Shown: one piece after another, positions 55,351 to 64,000 of the stretch
Position numbering within the stretch: the first letter of the stretch is position 1
How the letters are laid out: the number at the start of each line of letters is the position of its first letter
Assembly: GCA_028285345.1 (NCBI GenBank)
Contig: JANQPT010000018.1
Location: 79,779 to 143,778, forward strand
Length of the DNA: 64,000 nucleotides
Source: Planctomycetales bacterium
GTDB taxonomy: Bacteria; Planctomycetota; Planctomycetia; Planctomycetales; Planctomycetaceae
Direction of reading: 5' to 3'
Position numbers and translations under genes: made by a program
The notes under the pieces: generated by a model
What the model was told of the DNA's origin: nothing
Database searches by the model: none
The model's input: the letters and a program-made list of their open reading frames with translations, nothing else

Positions 55351-56349
55351 TCAGCTTGCAGTGCGGTTCCAACTCAGCGATTGACGTTCCAAAGTAACGG
55401 GATGCAGAAGCTCAAGGATCACTTCGGAATCGTCCTGCAGCGGTTTGCCTGCCCAGCGTATCAGATTACTGAAGTCGCAATGCGGCATTTCGACGACGTC
55501 GTAGTAGTCACCGTTGATCCTCTGTATTCCCAGCAACTCCCAGCCGATCAAATTCTCCCGGTTAGAGGAAGTGGTCCGAGAATACGCAAGGTCACTGATA
55601 ATCAATCGTCCTTCGTGTTGCCGCAATCGAAGCCCGAGAGTGTATGTCCGGACGAAACCGGTTACAAAATGCGTCAAGGTTGATTCGCTGAGATAGTGGG
55701 AACGCGGACCGTAGCTAGCTGTCAGTGAGTTGAGGAACGTCTCACACAGTGCTTCGTCGTTAAGTTGCCCGGCTTGACGAGCGATGCGTTGATAGCGTTT
55801 GCGCAGTCGATCTCTCGCCTCCTCCAGCGGCGTGCCGTGGACTTTTTCGATCAACAGCTCCGCCTTGATCCGCAGACGCCACCGCTCGCACCATTGGCCA
55901 CTGTTCGGGGCGTATGCTTCATGGCGGCGCGGGTAGGTCTCGTCGGCATCGAAGTCGTGATTGGCCGACGTAAAGTACTCGGCGAAATAAGCTGCTTCCC
56001 GACAACGTACTTTGTAGCGTGCTCGAACCAGTTTGGGAAAACTGAAATCCCTCCGCTTCGCCAAGTCGTCGAGCTGGTGTTGGTATTGCAGAAACTCCGC
56101 GTAGTCGGATTTCAGAAAATACATGCGCCGCGGATCGAGCCGCTGCAAGAATTGATCCAGCCACGCTGCGGAGAGCTGGTCGTCCAGCGGCTTGGGCGTC
56201 AGATGTGTTTGCTCCAGCACTTCGGCGACAGTGCGGACTGTCGCGCCCGGATCGTAACCAGTCTCGGCACTGTTCGCCGCAGGCACGCCGAATAGAAAGA
56301 ACGCAATGTAGATGAGGATCTGCAACTGCAGTCGCGAGCGGCCAGACAT
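55351..56349 (-). CDS. Secreted hypothetical protein (332 aa)
   Basis: Signal peptide MSGRSRLQLQILIYIAFFLFGVPAANSA. Faint resemblance to a tail-specific protease N-domain (LDPRRMYFLKSD), not assertable. Confidence 0.5.
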   Translation of the reverse strand: MSGRSRLQLQILIYIAFFLFGVPAANSAETGYDPGATVRTVAEVLEQTHLTPKPLDDQLSAAWLDQFLQRLDPRRMYFLKSDYAEFLQYQHQLDDLAKRRDFSFPKLVRARYKVRCREAAYFAEYFTSANHDFDADETYPRRHEAYAPNSGQWCERWRLRIKAELLIEKVHGTPLEEARDRLRKRYQRIARQAGQLNDEALCETFLNSLTASYGPRSHYLSESTLTHFVTGFVRTYTLGLRLRQHEGRLIISDLAYSRTTSSNRENLIGWELLGIQRINGDYYDVVEMPHCDFSNLIRWAGKPLQDDSEVILELLHPVTLERQSLSWNRTAS

Positions 56350-56473
56350 GATGAGTTCTAACCCTAGTCACAATTCGAATCATCTTCGTGGACAGGACAG
56401 CCGGCAGTCTATCAGGAGTTCTCGAGATTCAACAAGACTTTGTCGAGGACGGCGTGGATTGAACGGCTGTTTG

Positions 56474-58543
56474 CTAGTTGCTCGACGTTGAGATCACCGT
56501 CCGACCCAGATCCCGGTCTTCGATCCGCAACGTCGAATCCGGCGGCACTTGGAACGCGAACAGTTCCAGCGGAATCGCCTTTGGGTAGTCCACTGAATAA
56601 CTGGACTTCGGCGACCGGCAGCCGCACTGCCGCCGGCGGACCATTTTGCTTTCGCGGTCGAACCAATACGTCCGCATACGGAACTCGGCATCCGCTGCTC
56701 TGATCTGCACTTCGAAGTCGTCGGGCAGGGCATGGATCGGCGAGAAATAATCGTCCCGCGCATCGGCCAAATAGCGATAGGCAACTTTTTCCAGCGTCGC
56801 CCCGTCGCGCTCTTCAAGCTCGCTTGTCTGCGTCGCCTTGAGCCTGTTCGCGGTACTTTCGATCCGCCGCTTTGATACGATTTGTAGCGAATTGCTGGCC
56901 AACGACGGCCAATCCGTACCCGGATGGCTGACGGTGACAAGGTTGCGCTGCCGATCCCAGTCGTAGCGCCATCGCGAATTCTGCACCAGCACCCGCTTTA
57001 ACCGCTGGTTGGGGTCGCGGACTTCGATCCGCATGCCCACATTGGGGACAAACCAGCCCTCTTCAATGACCCTAAGCGGCGCCGACGCCGGGCGGCCGCG
57101 GCGCTTTTGTTTTCTCCAGTTGTAGGTGTCATAGGAAAACTTTTTCCAATGGCAGGTCGGCGCCACGTCGAACGTTCCCCCGAACGTCCGCGGTGCACGA
57201 TTGTGCGGCCGTTTCGGCTGCGGCAGCAACTTTTCGGTCTGTGGGTGAACGGATGAAGTTTTGGCATTCGCCCCTTCCAGCCTCCGCAACTGCTCGACTG
57301 TCACAATCTCATGCCGCAGGTCGCCGTAGATGACTTGGTAGCGGCCGTCTTCGAGCCGCCAGCGGACGAGCACTTTTTTGCCGTCCTTTGGGCCGACGCT
57401 TTTTCCGTAATACTTGATGTCCGGGTTGGATTGATAAAGCTGGTGCAGCCGACTGAAGCCCTGACTGACGGTTTGGATCTGCACGTACTCGTCGCGGCGC
57501 GTGTCTTGGGGCCGTCCGGACCAGGGATGAATGCCGTAGCGTTCAGCGACCTGTTCGGCGGGGATTTGGGCATTGTTGAGCCGCGCGACCTGCGGATAGC
57601 TGCCGTCAAGCATTTTGGCATAGAGCCGAAATGCCTCGCAGATTTTCTCCACGCGTTCCTCCAAGGAAGGAATTGACCGCGTGCGCTTTGTATATCCGGC
57701 CGGGGGTGTCGGGGCGAAAAGCTGATCGTCGAGGTCGACGTTCCAGCGAATGTCGAACAGCCGCCAATGCAGCGGCGGCCTCCACGGTTTCGCCGCCAAG
57801 GTGAAATGGACCTCGACGGGGAGATCCGTTTGGGGATCGACCCACACCTGCACGACCCCTTTATAGAAGTCCGGCTCGATTTTCTGCAGATTGATCTCGT
57901 AGCCCCGCGCCGTTGTCTCGCCGATTTTTCGCGTTCCCAAATCGCGGTCCGCCTCCGCGCTGTATTGGCCCAGTTTTTCGATCGACGTTACGGGCGTCAT
58001 GGCCTCAAGAAAGATCGGTTTCTCAAAATAAACCTTCGCTTCGTGGTTGATCTCGATTCCGGGACGCTCGGAAGAACGTATCGCGGTTTCCAAAAGTTGA
58101 CCTTTGCCGTCTGACACTTCCCACCGCCAATGTCCGCCAGCCTTCCAGTACCGCTTCGTGCTCCCCGATTTTGCGTCCTTGGACTTCGGGTCATCGCCCA
58201 GATAGAAGACGTCGCTCAGCATGTACGATTTGGCCTCGCGAATCGCTTTCGCCGTCTGGGCCATCGCCAGACGCGGCGGGGACAACAAACTCGCCCCTAC
58301 GATCGCCGCAACTGCAAGAGCCGCTGCAGTGCTTGCCAGCGAGAGTGGATGCCGGATCACAGAGCGAATCCGATCACGCAGACGGAACCGCGCAGCCACC
58401 GGTTCTGACGCATCACCGTGGCCCAACACGATGTCGCGAGCTTTCGACACCGCGCGCTGCGTGGTTTCAAACGAAACGGGAATCTGATTGAGTGCCTCGA
58501 TTCGACGTTCCGGAGATTGGTCGACGTCGTGATTCGGTTTCAT
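56474..58543 (-). CDS. Anti-sigma factor-like membrane protein with large extracytoplasmic domain
   Basis: Start ATG 58541-58543 overlaps the ECF sigma stop (ATGA). Cytoplasmic N-terminus, single TM (LSLASTAAALAVAAIVGASLL), ~600-aa periplasmic region. Confidence 0.6.
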   Translation of the reverse strand: MKPNHDVDQSPERRIEALNQIPVSFETTQRAVSKARDIVLGHGDASEPVAARFRLRDRIRSVIRHPLSLASTAAALAVAAIVGASLLSPPRLAMAQTAKAIREAKSYMLSDVFYLGDDPKSKDAKSGSTKRYWKAGGHWRWEVSDGKGQLLETAIRSSERPGIEINHEAKVYFEKPIFLEAMTPVTSIEKLGQYSAEADRDLGTRKIGETTARGYEINLQKIEPDFYKGVVQVWVDPQTDLPVEVHFTLAAKPWRPPLHWRLFDIRWNVDLDDQLFAPTPPAGYTKRTRSIPSLEERVEKICEAFRLYAKMLDGSYPQVARLNNAQIPAEQVAERYGIHPWSGRPQDTRRDEYVQIQTVSQGFSRLHQLYQSNPDIKYYGKSVGPKDGKKVLVRWRLEDGRYQVIYGDLRHEIVTVEQLRRLEGANAKTSSVHPQTEKLLPQPKRPHNRAPRTFGGTFDVAPTCHWKKFSYDTYNWRKQKRRGRPASAPLRVIEEGWFVPNVGMRIEVRDPNQRLKRVLVQNSRWRYDWDRQRNLVTVSHPGTDWPSLASNSLQIVSKRRIESTANRLKATQTSELEERDGATLEKVAYRYLADARDDYFSPIHALPDDFEVQIRAADAEFRMRTYWFDRESKMVRRRQCGCRSPKSSYSVDYPKAIPLELFAFQVPPDSTLRIEDRDLGRTVISTSSN

Positions 58544-59076
58544 TATCGATCCTCCCCAATTGAGGCGGTGTTGACTCGAAGTTTTTTGCGGACCGCCTGC
58601 AGACCCTTGCTGCACAGCGAGCGTACTTGATGCGGCGACTTTCCAAGCTGGGCCGCGATGTCGTCGTAGGGTTGTCCCTGCAGATACCGCAGCAGAACGA
58701 CTTCGCGATATGACTCTGGAATCGCATCTAAGGCGGCCAGAATCTGTTCGACCTGCTCGTGAATCTCCGAACGGTCCACGCCGTTTGATTGAACCGCCGC
58801 AGCAACGTGAGACGATGATAGGTTGGAAGTTGACTTCCGATCGCGCCGCCAATTGAACGCCGCGTTAATCGCCGCCCGGCGGAGGTATCCTGGCCAGTTC
58901 TGAATTTCTTTCCGCTGCCGGGGCCGCTGAAGCACTTTCAAGACGATCTGTTGGAGCAATTCCTCGGCCGCGTGTTCGCACAACGTGATCCGTGCCAGCA
59001 GCCGGTGCAATTCCGGACCGATTTCGTCCAGTGCGGCCAACAGCGGTTTCAAGTCATCTTGCACACGGCTCTCCAT
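58543..59076 (-). CDS. ECF-type RNA polymerase sigma factor (sigma-70 regions 2 and 4)
   Basis: Region 2-like YLRRAAINAAFNWRRDRK. Region 4 HTH PESYREVVLLRYLQGQPYDDIAAQLGKSPHQVRSLCSKGLQAVRKKL. 177 aa. Confidence 0.8.
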   Translation of the reverse strand: MESRVQDDLKPLLAALDEIGPELHRLLARITLCEHAAEELLQQIVLKVLQRPRQRKEIQNWPGYLRRAAINAAFNWRRDRKSTSNLSSSHVAAAVQSNGVDRSEIHEQVEQILAALDAIPESYREVVLLRYLQGQPYDDIAAQLGKSPHQVRSLCSKGLQAVRKKLRVNTASIGEDR

Positions 59077-59296
59077 TCATGCCATTCGCAAGATATGACA
59101 CGCTACGGCGACTGGCGCACCTCACGAATTGCGGCGATGTGCCGATTTTTTCGGTCGGTCGCGAAGTTGGCGAACGAACTGCGGAGACGCGTGTCTTTTT
59201 ACAGGGGTTGGCTGTAATCGGCCGCCTGAACGGATTCGCAGAACCGCGTTGTAGATTTGGGGCTGACTCGGCGTATAAAATACAGGATCACAAAAA

Positions 59297-59669
59297 CCGG
59301 AGTGGGCTAAGCGGCCGCTGCGGGGCACATGTTGCTCCGGAGAGGAAAGTCCGGGCTCCACAGGGCGCAGCGGTGGGTAACACCCACCGTCCGCGAGGAT
59401 CGGGAAAGTGCAACAGAAAGTATACCGCCCGTAAGGGTAAGGGTGAAATGGTGGGGTAAGAGCCCACCGCGAGGCGGGTGACCGTCTCGGCACGGCAAAC
59501 CCCGCTGGGAGCAAGACCAAGCAGAGAGCAGTTCCGGGAAGTCCGCTTCCCGGACGCGGACCGGCCCGGGCCGTTACGACTTTCGGGTAGGTTGCTGGAG
59601 GCGTCGGGCAACCGGCGTCCTAGACAAATGGCCGCTCACGACACAACCCGGCTTATCGGCCCGCTCCGG
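59297..59669 (+). ncRNA. rnpB: RNase P RNA (rnpB), bacterial type A
   Basis: Universally conserved GAGGAAAGTCCGGGCTCCACAGGGC (P4 5' strand). GGTAAGGGTGAAATGGTGGGGTAAGAGCCCACC (P10-P12 region). ACAACCCGGCTTATCGG 3' P4 strand. P1 pairing between ccggagtgggc (59297-) and gcccgctccgg (-59669), followed by a T-run. No plausible protein across it. Confidence 0.85.
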
Positions 59670-59787
59670 TTTTTTTGTGATTCTCCGCGCCGCCGCGCAA
59701 CTCAAACCGACCGTTTGCGGTCGTGCTCGATTTGCGGATGTCGGGGATTCACTCATGCTGCACTCTTAGATTGACAATAATGAAATC

Positions 59788-59808
59788 GGTCCGCACAGCG
59801 GACCCTAC
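59788..59808. repeat. Solitary REP-like unit GGTCCGCACAGCGGACCCTAC
   Basis: Identical to the unit at 50065..50085. In the intergenic region between rnpB and the 59821..60513 gene. Confidence 0.7.
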
Positions 59809-59820
59809 TTGCTTGTCCAT

Positions 59821-60513
59821 TCAAGTCGACCGGCCACGGGCGGTGTCGCGCTGCAAGAAATCGTTGATCTCGGCGATCAGCCAATCGCGCTCGGCCGTTG
59901 TGTCGCATGGCAGGCGGAACGTTCCTTTTTCGTAAACGATTTCGGCGGCATAATGCTGCCACATCTGCGATGGCGACTCTTGCCGCCAAGGCACATCGCC
60001 CACCCGCGCCGTTTGCACCAAAGCGCGATCAACTCTTTTTCGACGTCGCCAGAACTGGAAGTCCACCTCCGTAGCCATATGCTTGGAATCAATGATCAGT
60101 GTGCGGCGACTGCGGGCACTCCACAACACTCCGCCGAGCAAACCCACGCCCATCAAATAAAACGGGACGAAGAACAAGCTGGCTCCATTTTCCTCCGACC
60201 ATGTTTTCATTGTCAGAAACCCGAAGAAGGCGAACCAGACCACGGTTAGGCTGAGGAATGTCCAAGCCGATGAGGTCATGCCGCGCGGGGGGAGTTGCAC
60301 TGTCAGCGAATCCTCCTCGCGTTTGACGATCGCCAGAGCATCATAAGGACGTTCGAGCAGCTCTTGTCTCGTATCCTCTGCGGAAGAGAATCCCTCCACC
60401 ACATCGGCGAGCGGAAAGACTTCGTTACAAAACCCGCACTTGCCCCAGCCGGCCTCCAGCGCGATGTTTTGTGCTGGTATTGCTGACAGGCAGGCGGGAC
60501 AGATCGCTTTCAT
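59821..60513 (-). CDS. Zinc-ribbon / 2-TM membrane protein (230 aa)
   Basis: N-terminal CPACLS...CGFCNE Zn-ribbon, two TM helices (WTFLSLTVVWFAFFGFLTM, LFFVPFYLMGVGLLGGVLW), cytoplasmic C-domain. Same architecture as 23123..23668. Confidence 0.55.
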   Translation of the reverse strand: MKAICPACLSAIPAQNIALEAGWGKCGFCNEVFPLADVVEGFSSAEDTRQELLERPYDALAIVKREEDSLTVQLPPRGMTSSAWTFLSLTVVWFAFFGFLTMKTWSEENGASLFFVPFYLMGVGLLGGVLWSARSRRTLIIDSKHMATEVDFQFWRRRKRVDRALVQTARVGDVPWRQESPSQMWQHYAAEIVYEKGTFRLPCDTTAERDWLIAEINDFLQRDTARGRST

Positions 60514-60553
60514 GATGATACGACAGACCGTCTGTGGCCGATTTACAGCTCAT

Positions 60554-61324
60554 TTACTTAAGACGTTCAAACGGCAGACTCAGCGACTCTTCATTAAACA
60601 GATCGGCGTTGGCGGGATCGCGGATGGCAGCGGCGATCGTCTCCGTGGAGGAATCGAGTCTGACTGCCGGATCAATAAATACAGGTTCCTCTCCGGCACT
60701 GTCGCGTCTGGGACGCTCGGCGATCTTGACTCTCGGATGAGTTTCTTGCGGTAAAGATTTGTCGGTCTCTGGATCGAGGGCGTGAACTTTGGGGCCCTTT
60801 TCGCTGACGGTGCCGGATAGCACACCGGCGTTGATCAATCGCGCCGCAGCTTTTGCGCTCATGAAGACCAAGTTGACTCGATCGTGGGAAGGCTGCTCAA
60901 CCTTAATGAACATATGGACGGAATCTGCCAGCGAATCAGCCGTCAAATCAGGCGGCATGCCTTGGTGAATGTCGGCTTCATAGTCGGCGTTCAGCAGCAG
61001 ATTTAGATACAGCTGATTGTCAATGGTATTGAAATAGCCAAGTAGCTCGAGGTGCCCGGCCGTTTGTTGGTCGGTCTTTGGCTGGCTCACGAACAAAAAC
61101 CGCATCAATCCGCGGGAGCCTGTCCCCATGTCCACATGGGCCGCGCTGACATGAATGAACTTAGTGTCGCGGGTATCAGATTCAGGAGAGCGCCAAGTAC
61201 CGATGAAGTCGCGCTGCAGCTTCGCGTCGGAAAGGCTCGCGGCGGGATGCTTGGAGGTCACGTCCCAATTGCACCCTGCGAGGCCAATGAGCGCCATCAG
61301 CGTAACCGTGCGATACAGTTTCAT
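60554..61324 (-). CDS. Hypothetical lipoprotein (256 aa)
   Basis: MKLYRTVTLMALIGLAGC lipobox (start ATG 61324). Confidence 0.5.
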   Translation of the reverse strand: MKLYRTVTLMALIGLAGCNWDVTSKHPAASLSDAKLQRDFIGTWRSPESDTRDTKFIHVSAAHVDMGTGSRGLMRFLFVSQPKTDQQTAGHLELLGYFNTIDNQLYLNLLLNADYEADIHQGMPPDLTADSLADSVHMFIKVEQPSHDRVNLVFMSAKAAARLINAGVLSGTVSEKGPKVHALDPETDKSLPQETHPRVKIAERPRRDSAGEEPVFIDPAVRLDSSTETIAAAIRDPANADLFNEESLSLPFERLK

Positions 61325-61396
61325 GGCGAGCTCCACGAGCAAGGACGATGTGCCGGTGTTATGCCGTCATTCTAGTCTAGGCAGCGAGCGACACAA

Positions 61397-63025
61397 CTAT
61401 TTTGGTTCGGTCTTGATCGCATGTAAGGTTCTCCGCGTGGCGATGTACAAAGCGCCGTTTACGGCCGTGAGGATACCTTCAACGCAGTCGTCCATCTGAT
61501 TTCTGGAGATGAGTTCCCTAGTTTTCGCATGCTTGAAGATCAAAACTTCTCCATCTTCGTTGCCGATGTAAACGCGGTTTCCGGCAATCAGTGTCGATTG
61601 ATACGACAATGCTGAAAGACTGTAGGTCCAATATCCTTGACCTGTTTCGGCATCAACACAGTGGGCATTTCCGGCGATGTCGGTAATGTAGAGCAGATAG
61701 TCCTTGATCGTTGCATTGGAACTGGTACGATGAAACCTCTCGAACGTGGAAAGTTCTCCGTCGCCGTCGGCGTCTAACCCTTGATAGTGCCAAATAACAG
61801 CCGAGTTCGGATTGGGCTTTGTAAAGTCGCCCGCTTCGGGATCGCAAGCCTGTATGCGTTTGTGCGCGATCGGGCGGCCGGGTTGTGACTTGTTGAACAC
61901 CAATTCGGGACTGACATCGCCACGTTTAGAGGGATCGATGCACCACAGGTGGCCCGGACCCTCTCCATGCTCGCCGTCTTGGCCTCCCGCTATGTACACA
62001 CGATCTTCGTAGATCACCGGCATCGCAACCAGATTGTTACGCTCCGACCGACCCCACGAGTCCCATTTGCTCGTTTTGGGATTGCAGTCGAATTTCCAAA
62101 GTAATTTCGCTTTGCCATCAACATCGCCCGCCGGATCAAAGCTGTACAGCCAGCCGTCACCGCCGGCGAAGATCACTTGGGGACGGCCGGCAAGGACTCC
62201 GTAGGCGGGAGACGACCACTGGCCGTGCAACAGATTGTGACCAGGAGAGTTGTCCGACCAGACGACGCGGCCGGAGTTTTTATCGAGGGCCAGAAAGCTC
62301 GGTGCGTCGGGAGCGGGGATCGTAATGTGGTCGACGCTAATGCCGTTCCCCGTATTCAAGAAAATCAGGTCGCCCGCTCCCGTCACAGAAGAGTTGGACA
62401 GGTTATGCGGTCGAACCCCAAGTTCGCCCATCATGTCCAACTTCCAAATCACGTCCGCCTCAAGCTTGTCATTCGACGGTTCGGACGCATAGGGGCCGTC
62501 GTTGTTCCCGTCATGAAACCCGTCGGTATCGAGGCAGACGACTTCGCAGCGATTCGTGACGAACCAGACTCGGTCTTTTTCGACATACGGGGCACTGCAA
62601 ATGGGATTGCCCGGATAGTCGTGGACGCGGCCCGTCGGGAGCCGTTCGCTGGAGTATTGCCAGAGCAGCTTTCCGTTTGCCGCATCGAAGCATAGCAGGC
62701 AGGCGATGTCCTGTTTTGCGGGGTAACGCTCTACATATCCGACGTTGGCACTCCCAATTAAAACTTTGCCGGCCGACACGACGGGCGAGGCAGTGAAACC
62801 GGGCGGCCATCCGCCGTTGCGAATCTTGGCAGACCACGTGATATTGCGGCCGCTGCCAACGTCCCACTCGACGGGTAGGTTTATGTCCTCGAAAACATTG
62901 TTTCGAGACGATGGCCAGCGGCGAAACAGCGTTGCATTGTCCTCCTCTGCTCCGGCATCCCTCAAGGCGGAAAGCGATAGCAGAATTGCGATTAGGCAAA
63001 TGCAACTCAATTGAGCTCGCGACAT
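61397..63025 (-). CDS. Secreted PQQ-repeat beta-propeller protein
   Basis: Signal peptide MSRAQLSCICLIAILLSLSALRDAGA. Repeated PQQ-like blades (GKVLIGSANVGYV, DRVWFVTNRCEVVCLD, DRVYIAGGQDGE, NRVYIGNEDGEVLIF, GALYIATRRTLHAIK). Confidence 0.7.
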   Translation of the reverse strand: MSRAQLSCICLIAILLSLSALRDAGAEEDNATLFRRWPSSRNNVFEDINLPVEWDVGSGRNITWSAKIRNGGWPPGFTASPVVSAGKVLIGSANVGYVERYPAKQDIACLLCFDAANGKLLWQYSSERLPTGRVHDYPGNPICSAPYVEKDRVWFVTNRCEVVCLDTDGFHDGNNDGPYASEPSNDKLEADVIWKLDMMGELGVRPHNLSNSSVTGAGDLIFLNTGNGISVDHITIPAPDAPSFLALDKNSGRVVWSDNSPGHNLLHGQWSSPAYGVLAGRPQVIFAGGDGWLYSFDPAGDVDGKAKLLWKFDCNPKTSKWDSWGRSERNNLVAMPVIYEDRVYIAGGQDGEHGEGPGHLWCIDPSKRGDVSPELVFNKSQPGRPIAHKRIQACDPEAGDFTKPNPNSAVIWHYQGLDADGDGELSTFERFHRTSSNATIKDYLLYITDIAGNAHCVDAETGQGYWTYSLSALSYQSTLIAGNRVYIGNEDGEVLIFKHAKTRELISRNQMDDCVEGILTAVNGALYIATRRTLHAIKTEPK

Positions 63026-63141
63026 GTTTCGCCCCTCTCGCTGAACAACGAGAACCATTCGGGGTTACGATTACAGGTCCAGCGCAATGATATGCAATCG
63101 GAGATGCGAGTTGCCAGACGGAACTTGACGAATCTATTGCG

Positions 63142-64000
63142 TCAATCCACCGCCTGCAACGTCTCGGCGTAGCGTAATTCGCCGGTCTTGCCGTCGAAGT
63201 ACTGAAAGATCACTTGCGGATGCGGGTAGGCGATCCAGCGGTGGGTGCCTTCCTTCTGCGGGTTGTCGAAGACGTTGTTCACCTGCACGACGCAATAGGT
63301 CGGCGACTTGAGTAGAGGCCGGGGGATGTCGCCTTTGAAATAGGTGGACCAGCGGATGTCGCAGGCACGGGGGCCGTATTGGAAGCGGCCGTTGGGGGGG
63401 CGGTCGCCCTCGTCGGTGACAAGATGGTTTTGCGAGTTGTGCGGGCCGGAGGCGAACTCCCAGACGCGGTCGGTGATTTTGATTACGAAACTGTTGTGCA
63501 GATCGCCGGTGAGGACCATCACCCGTTTGCCGAGACCGTCCCAGAATTGGATGAACTCTTCCCGTTCGGCGAGAAAGACCGTCCAGGCATCGTCCTTGTT
63601 TGTCGCGCGGACCGCGCCGCCGCCGACGTGCGGGACCATGAAATTGACTGACGAGATCACAAACAGAAAATCAGCGTCGCTCTGCTGCATGCCCTTTTTG
63701 AGCCACGCTTTTTGATCCTTGCCCAGCATCGAGAGTCCCGGCTGTGCGGGGCGGCGGGTGTCGTGCATTTCGCGTTGAGAGCGGGTGTCCAGAAAGAAGA
63801 ATTCACAGTTGGCAAGTTTCACGCGATAATAGGAGCGGCGGCCGATGGAATAGGCAATTTCGGCGTCTTCCTTGGCGGGAGGACGAATTTTGAGCCGGTG
63901 TTTGTCCAGCACCTCGATTATTTCGTAGACGCCCGCGTTCGCTTCGCCGCCAACTTCGTCGAGCGCATTGTCATTCACGCCCGCAGTCGCGCCGCCCCAA
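63142..64000 (-). CDS. PhoD-like metallophosphatase (alkaline phosphatase D family), 5' end beyond window
   Basis: LGKDQKAWLKKGM, VISSVNF, MVLTGDLHNSFV are PhoD-type calcineurin-like motifs. The ORF is open to the window edge. The internal Met at 63978 is probably not the true start. Confidence 0.6.
   Translation of the reverse strand, partial: WGGATAGVNDNALDEVGGEANAGVYEIIEVLDKHRLKIRPPAKEDAEIAYSIGRRSYYRVKLANCEFFFLDTRSQREMHDTRRPAQPGLSMLGKDQKAWLKKGMQQSDADFLFVISSVNFMVPHVGGGAVRATNKDDAWTVFLAEREEFIQFWDGLGKRVMVLTGDLHNSFVIKITDRVWEFASGPHNSQNHLVTDEGDRPPNGRFQYGPRACDIRWSTYFKGDIPRPLLKSPTYCVVQVNNVFDNPQKEGTHRWIAYPHPQVIFQYFDGKTGELRYAETLQAVD

Noticed and set aside
59122-59774. Four ORFs (59122..59520, 59288..59611, 59307..59498, 59478..59774)
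   Set aside because: They lie across RNase P RNA. The nucleotide sequence matches rnpB conserved regions.
1-64000. CRISPR arrays, rRNA, transposases
   Set aside because: Scanned for short regularly spaced direct repeats and found none. Repeats present are inverted/REP-like or the single 450-bp duplication. No IS/transposase or rRNA signatures.

Overview
This is a high-GC (about 60%) bacterial chromosomal segment, and I think it is planctomycete-like. That is an inference from gene content: a sulfatase with the C-x-P-x-R motif, two PQQ-repeat beta-propeller giants, an H4MPT-pathway mch gene, an FHA + ~800-aa coiled-coil protein, several Zn-ribbon/TM and lipoprotein hypotheticals, an ECF sigma/anti-sigma pair, and weak or absent Shine-Dalgarno sequences. 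Housekeeping genes include glpD-like G3P dehydrogenase, truD, tRNA-Glu(CTC), htpG, a fused HyuA/HyuB 5-oxoprolinase, msrP, a glycerophosphodiester phosphodiesterase, a class IV aminotransferase, a fatty-acid desaturase and RNase P RNA (rnpB, type A). RNase P RNA is missed by the ORF track and overlain by spurious ORFs.

The most interesting content is:
1. A yqiJ/yqiK-like NfeD + flotillin (SPFH) pair followed directly by a 1796-aa protein with a single MoxR/dynein-type AAA+ core. This may be a novel SPFH-AAA+ module, analogous to HflKC-FtsH.
2. A TAT-exported xanthine-dehydrogenase-family Mo-hydroxylase (FeS-Moco-FAD order) in which all four Cys of the N-terminal ferredoxin-type [2Fe-2S] site are replaced, plus a small 6-Cys partner ORF.
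3. A tRNA-Glu locus with a degenerate 3' tRNA fragment and ~450-bp direct repeats bracketing a 1.6-kb insert that carries a VanZ-like gene. The repeat carries an intact 2-TM ORF in copy B and a frameshifted copy in copy A.
4. Two families of short intergenic repeats: REP-like hairpins (GGTSCGC-N5-GCGSACC-CTAC) at 3 loci, and MITE-like elements with (CACGGAG)n inverted termini at 3 loci.
5. A low-GC (~45%) islet of hypothetical genes next to an HNH endonuclease, including a small ORF interrupted by one in-frame TAA.

No CRISPR array, rRNA, integrase or transposase was found.
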